64,000 nucleotides of DNA from Candidatus Paceibacter sp. (GTDB lineage Bacteria; Patescibacteriota; Minisyncoccia; UBA9983). Below the pieces are notes generated by a model, which searched no databases, had not been told where the DNA came from, and saw only the letters and a list, made by a program, of their open reading frames with translations. The stretch lies in the NCBI GenBank assembly GCA_013360865.1, contig JABWAS010000004.1, positions 412 to 64,411 of the forward strand. The letters are read 5' to 3'. The translations under genes were made by a program, and so were the position numbers. Within the stretch, counting starts at the first letter, position 1. Every line of letters begins with the position of its first letter. Shown one piece after another: positions 18,787 through 28,056 of this stretch.

Positions 18787-18793
18787 TTTTCTT

Positions 18794-19030
18794 ATGCCAA
18801 AAATCGTTCACAACATAGAAGGCTGTATCGGGTGCGGTTCTTGCGCGGCGGTTTGCCCGAAATTTTGGGACATGGATTACGAAAAAGCCAAAGCTGTTTT
18901 AAAGGGCGGCAAAATAAATGACGCTGGTAATGAGTCCGAACTGGAAATAACTGATAACGAAGAAGATATTAAATGCAACCAAGAGGCGGCGGATGTTTGC
19001 CCGACGCAAGTAATTAAAATTATAAAATAA
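18794..19030 (+). CDS. Mono-cluster ferredoxin
   Basis: CIGCGSCAAVCP ... AADVCPTQVI. Confidence 0.93.
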   Translation: MPKIVHNIEGCIGCGSCAAVCPKFWDMDYEKAKAVLKGGKINDAGNESELEITDNEEDIKCNQEAADVCPTQVIKIIK

Positions 19031-19032
19031 GA

Positions 19033-19956
19033 ATGACATACGATTTAATTATCATCGGCGGTGCGACCACCGGCCTGACGGCCGGCATTTACGCCGCGAG
19101 GAAAAAGTTGAATGCCCTAATTGTCACCGAAGAAGTCGGCGGCCAGACGTTGCTGACGGACAACATAGAAAATTATCCCGGGTTTGAATCCGTCTCCGGA
19201 CACGAACTGATAAATAAAATAAAAAATCAGGTTAAGAAATACGGTTTGCCGATAATGGAAGGCAAAGAGGTTGAGTCGGTTGAAAAAAGCGGAGATTTAT
19301 TTGCCGTAAAAATAAAGGGCGGGGAAGCACTATCCGCTAAAACAATCATTATCGCCACGGGGAAAAATCCCCGGCGCCTCAATGTGCCGGGCGAAAATGA
19401 ATTTGAGAATAAGGGTGTAGTTTATTGCTCCACCTGCGACGCTCCGCTTTTCGGCGGCAAGGACGTAGTGGTGGCGGGCGGAGGAAACTCCGGCCTCAAT
19501 TCTGCTTTTGACTTGCTGAAGTACGCCAACAAAATTTACGTTATGGAAAGCTCGGACAAGTTTCTGGGCGACGAGTTCCTGCAGGAAAAATTAAGACAAA
19601 GCGACAAGGTGGAATTTATAACCAACGCCGACATCAAAGAAATAAAAGGCGGCGGTTTTATGGAAAAGGTAGTTTATTTTGATAAAAAAGAAAATAAAGA
19701 AAAAGAGCTGACGGCGCAGGGAATTTTCGTAAATATCGGCTGGATTCCTGCGACTAATTTTATAAAAGGTTTTGTTGAATTAAATAATTGGGGTGAAGTA
19801 GTTATTGATCCCAAAACCAATCAAACTTCAGTAAAAGGTGTTTTTGCCGCCGGCGACGCGACGGACGTAAAATACAAACAGTGCGTCATCGCCGCCGGAG
19901 AAGCCGCAAAAGCGGCCTTGTCGGCGTACGAGTATCTGAAAAACATCAAAAACTAA
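19033..19956 (+). CDS. trxB: Thioredoxin-disulfide reductase
   Basis: YDLIIIGG, YCSTCD redox motif, GGGNSG, GVFAAGD. Confidence 0.9.
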   Translation: MTYDLIIIGGATTGLTAGIYAARKKLNALIVTEEVGGQTLLTDNIENYPGFESVSGHELINKIKNQVKKYGLPIMEGKEVESVEKSGDLFAVKIKGGEALSAKTIIIATGKNPRRLNVPGENEFENKGVVYCSTCDAPLFGGKDVVVAGGGNSGLNSAFDLLKYANKIYVMESSDKFLGDEFLQEKLRQSDKVEFITNADIKEIKGGGFMEKVVYFDKKENKEKELTAQGIFVNIGWIPATNFIKGFVELNNWGEVVIDPKTNQTSVKGVFAAGDATDVKYKQCVIAAGEAAKAALSAYEYLKNIKN

Positions 19957-20098
19957 AAATAAAAACAACCGTTTGTGGAGTTGACAATTTATATGTTTTA
20001 ATGCTAATTTTTATTTGATTCTATTGTTCTTTAATAGTTTTATAAGAGTTAAAAACGTTAACTAAAAATTCATTTGAGGAAAGAAAGGAGAATGCTTT

Positions 20099-22396
20099 GT
20101 GAACGATAAATTATCTTTGTGTCACAGAATTGCCAAAAAATTATTTATCTACATCAACAATCACAATGGAGAAAAAAAAGATAGAGTTCTAAGGGACGAG
20201 CAAATGGCTGTTTTTGGAGAAATGGCAGAATTTTTTAACCGCGGAGAGCATGAAGGTTATATCAAGCTTCCTACGGGAGTTGGTAAAACTGTTTTATTCA
20301 TTGAGTTTCTTAAGGCAACGGGATTAAAGTCCATAATAGTAGTGCCAACCAATGTAATAACGGATCAAACAAAGAATCGGATAGAAGAATTTGCAGATAG
20401 TCTCGATTACGGAATTATAAACGCTTATGAAAAGGATTATGGCAAAACAATATCTATCACCACTTACAAGTCGCTTATACTCCAAGTAAGTAGCGGAAAA
20501 ATAAGTCCTAAAGATTATGAATGCGTCATTCTGGATGAAGCGCATAAAGCTCTTGGAAAAAAAGTGACAGAGATAATCAAACTTTTTCCTGAAGCCGTTA
20601 AAATTGGCTTTACCGCTACTCCACGTTATTCTGACGACAAGCATTTAGCTCACTTATTAACTAATGAAATAACGAGCATGTCAGTTCGTTCAGCGATTGA
20701 GGGTGGCTTGTTGTCAGGTTGTTCTGTTGTTTTTGCAATGACAGAAGTCAATATCTCACAGGTAAGCGTGCAAAATGGAAACTATTGCGAAGGAGAACTT
20801 GTAAAAGCCATAAATATTGAAAGCAGGAACTTTGGCGCTGTCGATATTTATAAGAAAATGTTTTCAGGCAAGAGTTCTATTGTGTATTGCGCAAGCATAA
20901 AACATGCTGAACAGGTTGCTTCATTATTTCAGAGTAATGAAATACCAGCCAGGGCGATAAGTTCTAAAAACAATAACAAAGAAAGGGAAAGCATGCTGAG
21001 AGATTTTTCTTCGGGAAAGATCAAGGTCTTATGTAATGCCGACCTCTTGATTCATGGTTTTGATGAGAAAAAGGCAAGTGTTTGCATAAATCTTTGTCCT
21101 ACTCTTTCGCTTGTTGTTGCGGAACAGAGAGCTGGGCGAGTCTTGAGACTGGATAATGAGAATCCGGATAAAGAGGCTTTTGTTGTTGATTTCTTGGATG
21201 TTACCAGAGCAAGCGCTTACCAACCAATCAGCTTTGCCGAGATATTAAACGGAGCAGATGTCAGGGGGCGAACCAACAGTCGCGACAATCGCCATAATAA
21301 TCAGTTTGTTGGCGGCAACGGCCATGATTTTAGCATTGGTAAAATAAAAGTAATCGCCAATGCTGAAATAATAATGAGAGTTATAAACGAGAGAAGGTTG
21401 CTAAGAAAGGCGACTAACAATTGGCTCAACTACGCTCAGTTTAAAGACTCGATAACCCGCGCTTTCGCTGAAATGATGGGCAGCAATTGGTCGGTCGAAA
21501 TAATGGGTGGCTTTATCGAAAAAATTAAAGAAGCCGAACCAGGCTGGTTTAGTGAAAGCAAAGAAGGCGAAAGTCTTAATTATTTTTGCGATCCTGCGCT
21601 TGTAAATTCCCTAAAAGCAGAATTTAAAAAAATAACTTCAGTGTGGATTAACCAAATCGACTTGGCGGAAAGATTAAAAATCAGTGAAATTGCTTTATTG
21701 GAGTTCGCACGTGTTATTAATGGTAATCTCGAAGAGGGTATTATCATTGATAAGATTGTAAACATTGACGGTAGGGAAGAAAAGATTCATTACATCCCGA
21801 GAAACATTCTCATGAAAAGGGTAAATGGAGTTAGGTTGGTGTATTTTTCGCCTAAGATGGTAAATTTGCTTGAGATAGAATTAAGAAAGAGCTCAGGTTC
21901 AGGACAAAGTAAACACGACGACAGTTCTTACCTAACAGAAGAAGAGTTAATAAATTTTCTTCTTACTAGTTTTGGTATGAGTGGTGACACAGAGGCCCAA
22001 GTCAAAATAAAGTCTTTTATTAGAAATTTTTTAAAAAAAGACCGCATTAGAGTAAAAAATCCTTTTTGGTTCCGCAATAAGGTTGTTATCAGGGAATCTT
22101 ATTCACCGGAATTCATTGAATTAATTAAGGGAGAAGTTAAAAATAAAGTTTACAATGACGAAAACGCAACCGGCGTTCACCAAAAGAATATCTTACTTTA
22201 TATGTGCAGAGAAAGGGGTATAAGTGTTCCTAGCTTCACTTTTACCATTACAGGACCGGACAATAGTCCTACTCATAGTTGTTTGTGTTTTCTGAATGAC
22301 GGCGGGAAAGTTATTAAAACAACCGGAACAGCCAAAACAAAAGCAGAGTCGAAAAAAATAGCAATAACAGAAATGTGTTCGTTATTGCGGTCTTAA
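20099..22396 (+). CDS. SF2 DEAH-box helicase with C-terminal dsRNA-binding-motif-like domain
   Basis: LPTGVGKT, ILDEAH, GFTAT, QRAGRVLR; C-terminal KNILLYMC..PSFTFTITGPDNSPTH...GTAKTKAESKKIA. Confidence 0.85.
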   Translation: MNDKLSLCHRIAKKLFIYINNHNGEKKDRVLRDEQMAVFGEMAEFFNRGEHEGYIKLPTGVGKTVLFIEFLKATGLKSIIVVPTNVITDQTKNRIEEFADSLDYGIINAYEKDYGKTISITTYKSLILQVSSGKISPKDYECVILDEAHKALGKKVTEIIKLFPEAVKIGFTATPRYSDDKHLAHLLTNEITSMSVRSAIEGGLLSGCSVVFAMTEVNISQVSVQNGNYCEGELVKAINIESRNFGAVDIYKKMFSGKSSIVYCASIKHAEQVASLFQSNEIPARAISSKNNNKERESMLRDFSSGKIKVLCNADLLIHGFDEKKASVCINLCPTLSLVVAEQRAGRVLRLDNENPDKEAFVVDFLDVTRASAYQPISFAEILNGADVRGRTNSRDNRHNNQFVGGNGHDFSIGKIKVIANAEIIMRVINERRLLRKATNNWLNYAQFKDSITRAFAEMMGSNWSVEIMGGFIEKIKEAEPGWFSESKEGESLNYFCDPALVNSLKAEFKKITSVWINQIDLAERLKISEIALLEFARVINGNLEEGIIIDKIVNIDGREEKIHYIPRNILMKRVNGVRLVYFSPKMVNLLEIELRKSSGSGQSKHDDSSYLTEEELINFLLTSFGMSGDTEAQVKIKSFIRNFLKKDRIRVKNPFWFRNKVVIRESYSPEFIELIKGEVKNKVYNDENATGVHQKNILLYMCRERGISVPSFTFTITGPDNSPTHSCLCFLNDGGKVIKTTGTAKTKAESKKIAITEMCSLLRS

Positions 22397-22432
22397 ATGA
22401 AATTTTGTTTGATTTGAAATGTTAACAAAAAA

Positions 22433-22461
22433 AAGGGGGGCAAAAGAACATTGCCCTCCTT
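22433..22461. terminator. Possible bidirectional terminator between helicase and ftsZ
   Basis: AAGGGGGGCAA / TTGCCCTCCTT with A run upstream and T run downstream. Confidence 0.55.
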
Positions 22462-22481
22462 AATTTTTTGAATAAGCTTGT

Positions 22482-23642
22482 TTATTTATTCCTTCTCAAA
22501 AAAGCCGGAATCATGTCCCAAGAGTCGTTGTCCTTGTCTTTATCTTCCTTTTTTGGCGTGAACATTTCTTTTTCTTCTTTGGGTTTGTCACGGAAATCTT
22601 TGAAGATTTTCGGTTCTTTGTTTTCGGTTGCCGGAGCGGTTTCCGTCTGGAAAGAAAACGGCTTCTTGATATTATTGGTTTTCGGCTCGGTGGGGAAGCC
22701 GGTGGCGATGACCGTTACCTTAACTTCGCCTTTCTTCAGCCTCTCGTCGTTTATCGTTCCGAAGATTACCTTGGCGTCGGGGTCTATTGATTCGGTGATG
22801 ACGCCGGCAGCGTTTTGAATTTCCACCATCGTGAGGTCTGGTCCGCCGGAGATGGCAAAGAGCACGCCCTTGGCTCCGTCTATTGTGATGTCCAACAAGG
22901 GGGAGTTTATAGCCATTCTGGCGGCTTCTTCGGCCCTTTTTTCCCCCTGGCCGGTGCCTATGCCCATCAAAGCCGAGCCGGCGTTTTGCATTACGGTTCT
23001 GACGTCGGCGAAGTCAACGTTGATGATGCCGGGCATCGTGATAAGGTCGGAAATTCCTTCCACGGCCTGTTTGAGGACGTCGTCGCACATCTGGAAAGCG
23101 GAAAGAAAAGTCGTGTCCTTGCCGACGATGCTCAAAAGCCGGTCGTTGGGTATGGCGATCATGGCGTCAACGGAGTCCTTCAGATTTTCCACTCCCAATT
23201 CCGCCAGCCTTGTTCTCTGCATTCCTTCAAAACCGAAAGGTTTGGTAACAACGCCGATGGTGAGTATCCCTTGCTCTTTGGCGATTTTGGCCACGACCGG
23301 TCCGGCGCCCGTTCCCGTGGCTCCGCCGAGCCCGCAGGCCACGAATACCATGTCGGCGCCTTTGATTGTTTCCTGCAGAGCTTCTTTTGTTTCTTCCGCG
23401 GCGCGTTTGCCGAGTTCGGGGTTCATGCCGCCGCCCAGTCCGCGGGTGACGTTTTTGCCGATATGGATTTTTTTGGAGGCCAGGCTGTGGTGGAGCTTCT
23501 GGGCGTCGGTGTCAACGGTGATGAAGTCAATGTTTCTGACTTTGGAGCGCACCATATGATTGACGGAATTAGTGCCGGAGTTGCCGACGCCTATCACTTT
23601 TATTCTGGCGAAAGATTCTATTTCCGGGTTGATTTTGGACAT
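22482..23642 (-). CDS. ftsZ: Cell division protein FtsZ
   Basis: IKVIGVG, GLGGATGTG, INVDFADV, C-terminal IPAFLRR. Confidence 0.98.
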   Translation of the reverse strand: MSKINPEIESFARIKVIGVGNSGTNSVNHMVRSKVRNIDFITVDTDAQKLHHSLASKKIHIGKNVTRGLGGGMNPELGKRAAEETKEALQETIKGADMVFVACGLGGATGTGAGPVVAKIAKEQGILTIGVVTKPFGFEGMQRTRLAELGVENLKDSVDAMIAIPNDRLLSIVGKDTTFLSAFQMCDDVLKQAVEGISDLITMPGIINVDFADVRTVMQNAGSALMGIGTGQGEKRAEEAARMAINSPLLDITIDGAKGVLFAISGGPDLTMVEIQNAAGVITESIDPDAKVIFGTINDERLKKGEVKVTVIATGFPTEPKTNNIKKPFSFQTETAPATENKEPKIFKDFRDKPKEEKEMFTPKKEDKDKDNDSWDMIPAFLRRNK

Positions 23643-23682
23643 GTTGCTTTACAGTCTATGCTCTTACGTAAAAAAGGTCAAC

Positions 23683-23756
23683 ACCCTGTGAAATGATTTT
23701 AAATTGAAAATTTAAAATCAAATTTCGGCATTAAAGCCAAAATTTATTTCACGGGG
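23683..23756. repeat. Short palindromic element with CCCTGTGAAAT / ATTTCACGGGG ends
   Basis: Ends read directly; abuts the ftsA stop codon; related copies at 38332-38366 and 44414-44471. Confidence 0.75.
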
Positions 23757-24965
23757 CTAAGGGAGAAGACCATGCAGCCATTTTTTTACGGTGCCGAATA
23801 TTTTTTTGGCCGGTTCGCCTTCCTTTTCCCCGTCCGCGTCAAAAACATTTTCGCCCGCGCCGCAGACGCAAAGTCCGAGCGCTACGGACCAGCCAGGGTC
23901 GTTAAGCAGCTGGTCGCGCAGGTTGTTGGTGGGGGCGGTGATGTTTAAAGAATTGGCGGAATAAGGAAGCAACGAGCCAACTTTTGCCGGTAGACGAAGA
24001 GATGCCCTGGCTATATCCTGAAGATTAAACAGATTGGAACCGCTTCCGGTCATTATGATTCCGGCAGGAAGAACTTGGTGGCGGTTTATTTTTTTAAGAT
24101 GGCTTTCTATCATTTCAAAAATGTCGTTCAGCCGGGCTTCTATTATGTCGGCCAGTTTTTTCTTCAGCCCGGGGGAGTCGGAGCCGTAGTTCATTTTCAT
24201 TTTTTCCGCTTCGTCCAGCGGCACCTGCAGTCCGAGGGCGATGTCGTTGGTTATGTGCGAAGAACCGATGGGGAAGACCTCCAACGATATCGGCAGGCCG
24301 TCCTCAAAGACGACCACGGAAACGGTGCTGGCGCCGATGTTTACCAGAACGCAGCCGGTTTCTTTCTGCTGTCTTGTCAGCACCGAGCAACTGGTGGCCA
24401 GGGGCGAAGCGATTATGTCGTCTATTACCAGCCCGGCCGCCTCCACTGTTTTTTCCAGGTTGGAAAAATGCAGATTGAGGCAGGTGACGAAAAGCGTTTC
24501 CACCTCAAGTTTAGTGCCTTTCATTTCGGTCGGGCGGCCGTGGACCAGGGCGTTGTCAACTTTAAACTGCAAAGGAATGGAGTGGATTATTTTTTTGTTG
24601 GCGACGTTGGCGAGATTGGATTCGCTTTGGGCGACGAGGCGTTTGATGTCGTGCTCGGTTATTTCGCCGTCGGCGGTGGAAGTGCGGATTGTTCCCTTGG
24701 CCCGGGCGGAGCCGAGGCTTATCCCGCCCACGGAAACCACGGCGCTTCTTATGGAGGAGCCGGAAATTTTTTCCAGATTTTTGATGGTGGAAGAAATCGT
24801 CCGCGAAGCGCTCTCTAGATTGGTGATGTAGCCCTTGCGCACCCCTTCCGACTCTTTCTGCGCCGCCGCGACAATATGCAAAGAACCGTCCTTTTTTTGT
24901 TCGACGGAGATGGCTCTTACGCTTGAGCTTCCGATATCAAGACCGGTGATTATTTTTCTGGCCAT
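23757..24965 (-). CDS. ftsA: Cell division protein FtsA
   Basis: GLDIGSS, GVRKGYI, VNIGAST, HITNDIA, IIEARL; upstream of ftsZ. Confidence 0.96.
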   Translation of the reverse strand: MARKIITGLDIGSSSVRAISVEQKKDGSLHIVAAAQKESEGVRKGYITNLESASRTISSTIKNLEKISGSSIRSAVVSVGGISLGSARAKGTIRTSTADGEITEHDIKRLVAQSESNLANVANKKIIHSIPLQFKVDNALVHGRPTEMKGTKLEVETLFVTCLNLHFSNLEKTVEAAGLVIDDIIASPLATSCSVLTRQQKETGCVLVNIGASTVSVVVFEDGLPISLEVFPIGSSHITNDIALGLQVPLDEAEKMKMNYGSDSPGLKKKLADIIEARLNDIFEMIESHLKKINRHQVLPAGIIMTGSGSNLFNLQDIARASLRLPAKVGSLLPYSANSLNITAPTNNLRDQLLNDPGWSVALGLCVCGAGENVFDADGEKEGEPAKKIFGTVKKWLHGLLP

Positions 24966-25132
24966 GTCAAATTTGCCATTATCCTTTGATTATACAATAT
25001 TATAAACCATCGCTTCCCGAATAGGAATTGTGAATAATAGCTTATTTTACGACATTTGCATGGAATGTCCGGCTTATTTGCTCAAAGATTATTTTCAACC
25101 TAATATTTTTAATTGTTTTAACTCCTCCTTTT

Positions 25133-25939
25133 TCAGGTGAAGCTGTCGCTATTCCTTTTTGTCGCTATTCCTTTTTGTTGCAGCTCTGATTCATAAATTG
25201 GAACTATAAAGTCTGCGGCTGCTTTTAGTTTTGAAGAAGATTGTCTGCCTCTTTTTTCTGGCGGGTATCCTTTGATAAACTCAATTACCCCAGCCTGCTT
25301 GCCTTTATGTTTAATTCTTTGGATTGATGGAATGCTGTCCGCATCCCCAGAAATTATCAGTGCGACATCATATATATCAGCAAGAGTAACCATGTCAACC
25401 GCCAAGGAAGTATCAATACCTTTCTCGTATAAATTTTTATTTAGTATGTCTACTTTTAAATGACCACAAGCAATAATATCTATAAAATCAGTTCCAGAGC
25501 TAACACCAAAATGAAAATCACGCAACCCATCAACATATTTTTTCTTTTGGTTATACCACGTGCTAATCTCGCTGAAACAAAGACGCCATGCTTCGCTAGC
25601 TAATTCTATTGGCGATGCTTCTGTTGAAGATAAATTGCTCCCCGCCAATGCCAAATATTTACGCTGCAGATCTTTGTCAGATTTAAACCAGTCCAAAAGC
25701 TGATTCTTAGATTCTGGTTCATCCAGTTTCCAAATATCAATTGAACCGACCGCGTACCAAAGCACCCTAATCAAACGAGCTTGTCCATAACCTCCGCCCA
25801 TTACAGAGGAGCTCCAGGAATCTATAGCCTGTTTTAAAATATAGTTTAAAAAAGTTCCGTACTCTTTAACACGCAAATTAAGATACTTTAGAGAGCCTGT
25901 AAGGTTTGAACCGTCAACGAATATAATAAACCTAGTCAT
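25133..25939 (-). CDS. NYN-domain (PIN-like) protein
   Basis: IFVDGSNL, EKGIDTSLAVDM, ISGDAD. Confidence 0.88.
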   Translation of the reverse strand: MTRFIIFVDGSNLTGSLKYLNLRVKEYGTFLNYILKQAIDSWSSSVMGGGYGQARLIRVLWYAVGSIDIWKLDEPESKNQLLDWFKSDKDLQRKYLALAGSNLSSTEASPIELASEAWRLCFSEISTWYNQKKKYVDGLRDFHFGVSSGTDFIDIIACGHLKVDILNKNLYEKGIDTSLAVDMVTLADIYDVALIISGDADSIPSIQRIKHKGKQAGVIEFIKGYPPEKRGRQSSSKLKAAADFIVPIYESELQQKGIATKRNSDSFT

Positions 25940-25971
25940 TGAATTATATCAAATAAATAACAGCCTTAATA

Positions 25972-26160
25972 TTAAATGGCAACTTTATAATTTTTTAAAT
26001 TATGTTCCCAAATCCTGATAACTTTCCAACCTAATTTTTTATAATAATTGTTTACTTCCTTGTCTCTTTGTTTATTTCTTTCAATTTTTAGCAACCAGTA
26101 ATTTTTTCTTGTTAACGGCAAACGACAATGTTTTCTGCAGCCATGCCAGGAACATTCATC
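25972..26160 (-). pseudogene. vsr: Vsr (very short patch repair) endonuclease, C-terminal fragment
   Basis: Manual translation DECSWHGCRKHCRLP..NYWLLKIERNKQRD..LGWKVIRIWEH; in-frame stop just upstream, no N-terminus. Confidence 0.8.
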
Positions 26161-26199
26161 ACTTCGTCGTTAAACTTTCGGATTATGCCGTCCTCGTTT

Positions 26200-26409
26200 C
26201 TAAAACCGCCCTTCTCGGCTTGCAAGCCAAGTTAATTTAAAAAGATCTTCTCCGGTTGTATGAAATTCAAATAATGCATCCGCACCTTCTTTTTCAACAC
26301 TAATCATATTTTCGTCTTTTAAACAATCAACTGTAATCAATCCGTTTTTATCACAAATGTCGATTATTTCTTGGAGTGTATAATCTTTATCTTTCGTAAA
26401 AATATCCAT
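26200..26409 (-). CDS. Small hypothetical protein (MDIFTKDKDYTLQE...)
   Basis: ATG immediately after the HNH gene stop; about 69 aa. Confidence 0.5.
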   Translation of the reverse strand: MDIFTKDKDYTLQEIIDICDKNGLITVDCLKDENMISVEKEGADALFEFHTTGEDLFKLTWLASREGRF

Positions 26410-26411
26410 AA

Positions 26412-27116
26412 CTACAAATAGCAAACAAACATCATTATTTTGTCGTGCTTTTTCAAATTGCATACAGCACAAAGTAATCTGATATTTTTTTCTGTCAAAC
26501 TTGTTCCCCCTTTTGCGTATGGCAAATCGTGGTCATAGTGTAGGTTTTCTGCTGAACCACATATAACGCATTTTCCTCTATCTCTTTCCCAAACTTTCAC
26601 CTTTACCGATGTTGGTATAAGTCGGTTAAACGGTAAATCCTCAACACGATTAAAAATTTTGGTCAAAACCGGTTTCAAATAAAACTTGAAAACGTTTCTT
26701 TTACCGTCCGACACTTGCTTAACATCAATCAATTGAAAAAATCCTTTTATTGACCAAACGCCAACGTCAATTTTTTCATAAACTTTCACAAGTTCTGGGT
26801 CTTTTTTTAAACCGCTTTTGAAATCCATTGCCGCTTTGTAAAATTTTCCATTCTCTGTCCAAGTTCCATTTGGCGTTTCAAGTGGTTGGTCTTTTTCTTT
26901 TGGGTCAATTCCACCTTCGGCTCTGGCATCGTGCCCTTCGTAAATTAAATTTCCGTTTTCATCAAATCCATCATTATAAACCGCATCTTTCCTTTGCGAC
27001 ATCAACAAAATTGAATGTTTTCTTTTACCATCGGAAAAAACCATGCCGCGTTGCAGCGGCATTTTTTCCATTGCCACCATTTCGTGATATGAAATTATTT
27101 TATCGCTGTCTTGCAT
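26412..27116 (-). CDS. HNH endonuclease with SRA-like N-terminal domain (putative modification-dependent restriction enzyme)
   Basis: YND..D.NGNLIYEGHD N-domain; VWERDRGKCVICG..LHYDH..P..KGG...NIRLLC..CN..K. Confidence 0.78.
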   Translation of the reverse strand: MQDSDKIISYHEMVAMEKMPLQRGMVFSDGKRKHSILLMSQRKDAVYNDGFDENGNLIYEGHDARAEGGIDPKEKDQPLETPNGTWTENGKFYKAAMDFKSGLKKDPELVKVYEKIDVGVWSIKGFFQLIDVKQVSDGKRNVFKFYLKPVLTKIFNRVEDLPFNRLIPTSVKVKVWERDRGKCVICGSAENLHYDHDLPYAKGGTSLTEKNIRLLCAVCNLKKHDKIMMFVCYL

Positions 27117-27118
27117 AT

Positions 27119-27302
27119 TTATATTTTGATTAAATCGCCGTAATTTTTTTCTTCTTCGCCGAAAAAATCCCTGTAAGTTTTTACAGCGTTTTTATCTATT
27201 TCAGAAAACCCGACGCATTTCATTCCCAAGTTTTCAAGCCCGAGACGACCTCCGCCAATCCCGGCGCAAAAATCCATAAATTTAATTTTGTCACTAATCA
27301 TA
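27119..27302 (-). pseudogene. C5-cytosine DNA methyltransferase, N-terminal fragment only
   Basis: Motif I DFCAGIGG, motif II SEID, motif III GDLIKI then stop; catalytic PC motif absent. Confidence 0.85.
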
Positions 27303-27367
27303 CTTTGTATTATATAAGAAATGACACAATATAAAATATTTTCATCTAGCAATTGCGGGTAATTGTT

Positions 27368-27706
27368 TCAATCGGCAGACATTATTTTCTCCCAGTTTTT
27401 GGGGTGGAGTCCTCTCATCAGCGCCGCCTCGCTGTCGTCCATTTCTTCGCCGTGCTTGAAGCCCTTGAGATGCAGGAGAGAATGGATAAAAAGATAGTCG
27501 CCGTAATTTTTGCGGCGGTAGTTTTCGTTTATTAAAATTTCTCCGGAATTTTCAGAGAGAGGGAAGGAGAGGACATTGGCGGAATAATCTTTATGCCGGT
27601 AAATTTTGTTGAGTTTTGTCATTTCCTCCGGCGCGGCAAAGGCAAAACTCAAATCATAGTCTTTCCCCAAGACCTGATTTTTAAGTTTTAGCCAGCTTTG
27701 CTTCAT
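27368..27706 (-). CDS. ybeY: rRNA maturation RNase YbeY
   Basis: LNKIYRHKD..NVLSFP, GEI, IHSLLHLKGFKH. Confidence 0.92.
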   Translation of the reverse strand: MKQSWLKLKNQVLGKDYDLSFAFAAPEEMTKLNKIYRHKDYSANVLSFPLSENSGEILINENYRRKNYGDYLFIHSLLHLKGFKHGEEMDDSEAALMRGLHPKNWEKIMSAD

Positions 27707-27724
27707 GGTTTTAGAAAAGGCACA

Positions 27725-27830
27725 AGAAACAAATTTTGAAAATCCTGGGCGGGGGCGGCCGGCCGAGTCTGCGAGCCTGCCTGCCGGCAGGCAGGGCTGG
27801 GGCTAGAGGATTTTCCAAAATTTGGTTTCT
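27725..27830. repeat. MITE-like element with AAATTTTGAAAATCCT / AGGATTTTCCAAAATTT ends and internal palindrome CCTGCCTGCCGGCAGGCAGG
   Basis: Inverted near-identical copy at 60542-60689. Confidence 0.85.
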
Positions 27831-27837
27831 GAAGCCT

Positions 27838-28053
27838 TTACTCTATAATACCTAGTTTCCTCAAGAGCTCGCCTTTTTTCTTTGAGGCTTCTCTTTTGAG
27901 CGCGTCTTCTTTTTTCTTCAGCTCCGATTTCGGCCTGTTTCTGAAGCGCATGCTTTTTATCCGGCTGATGTTGCCGGACTGCTTCACCCTCTGGCTGAAT
28001 CTTCTAAGAAGGCTCAACGCTGTTTCGTTTTCTTTTCTTTTTACTTCAAGCAT
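27838..28053 (-). CDS. rpsU: 30S ribosomal protein S21 (CPR-type)
   Basis: EVKRKENET..SLLRRF; small basic protein. Confidence 0.8.
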   Translation of the reverse strand: MLEVKRKENETALSLLRRFSQRVKQSGNISRIKSMRFRNRPKSELKKKEDALKREASKKKGELLRKLGIIE

Positions 28054-28056
28054 TTT

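Noticed and set aside
22815-24831. Long plus-strand ORFs opposite ftsZ/ftsA, and similar antisense ORFs over pilB, hisS, rpsA and nrdD
   Set aside because: Shadow frames of GC3-rich genes with no recognisable motifs
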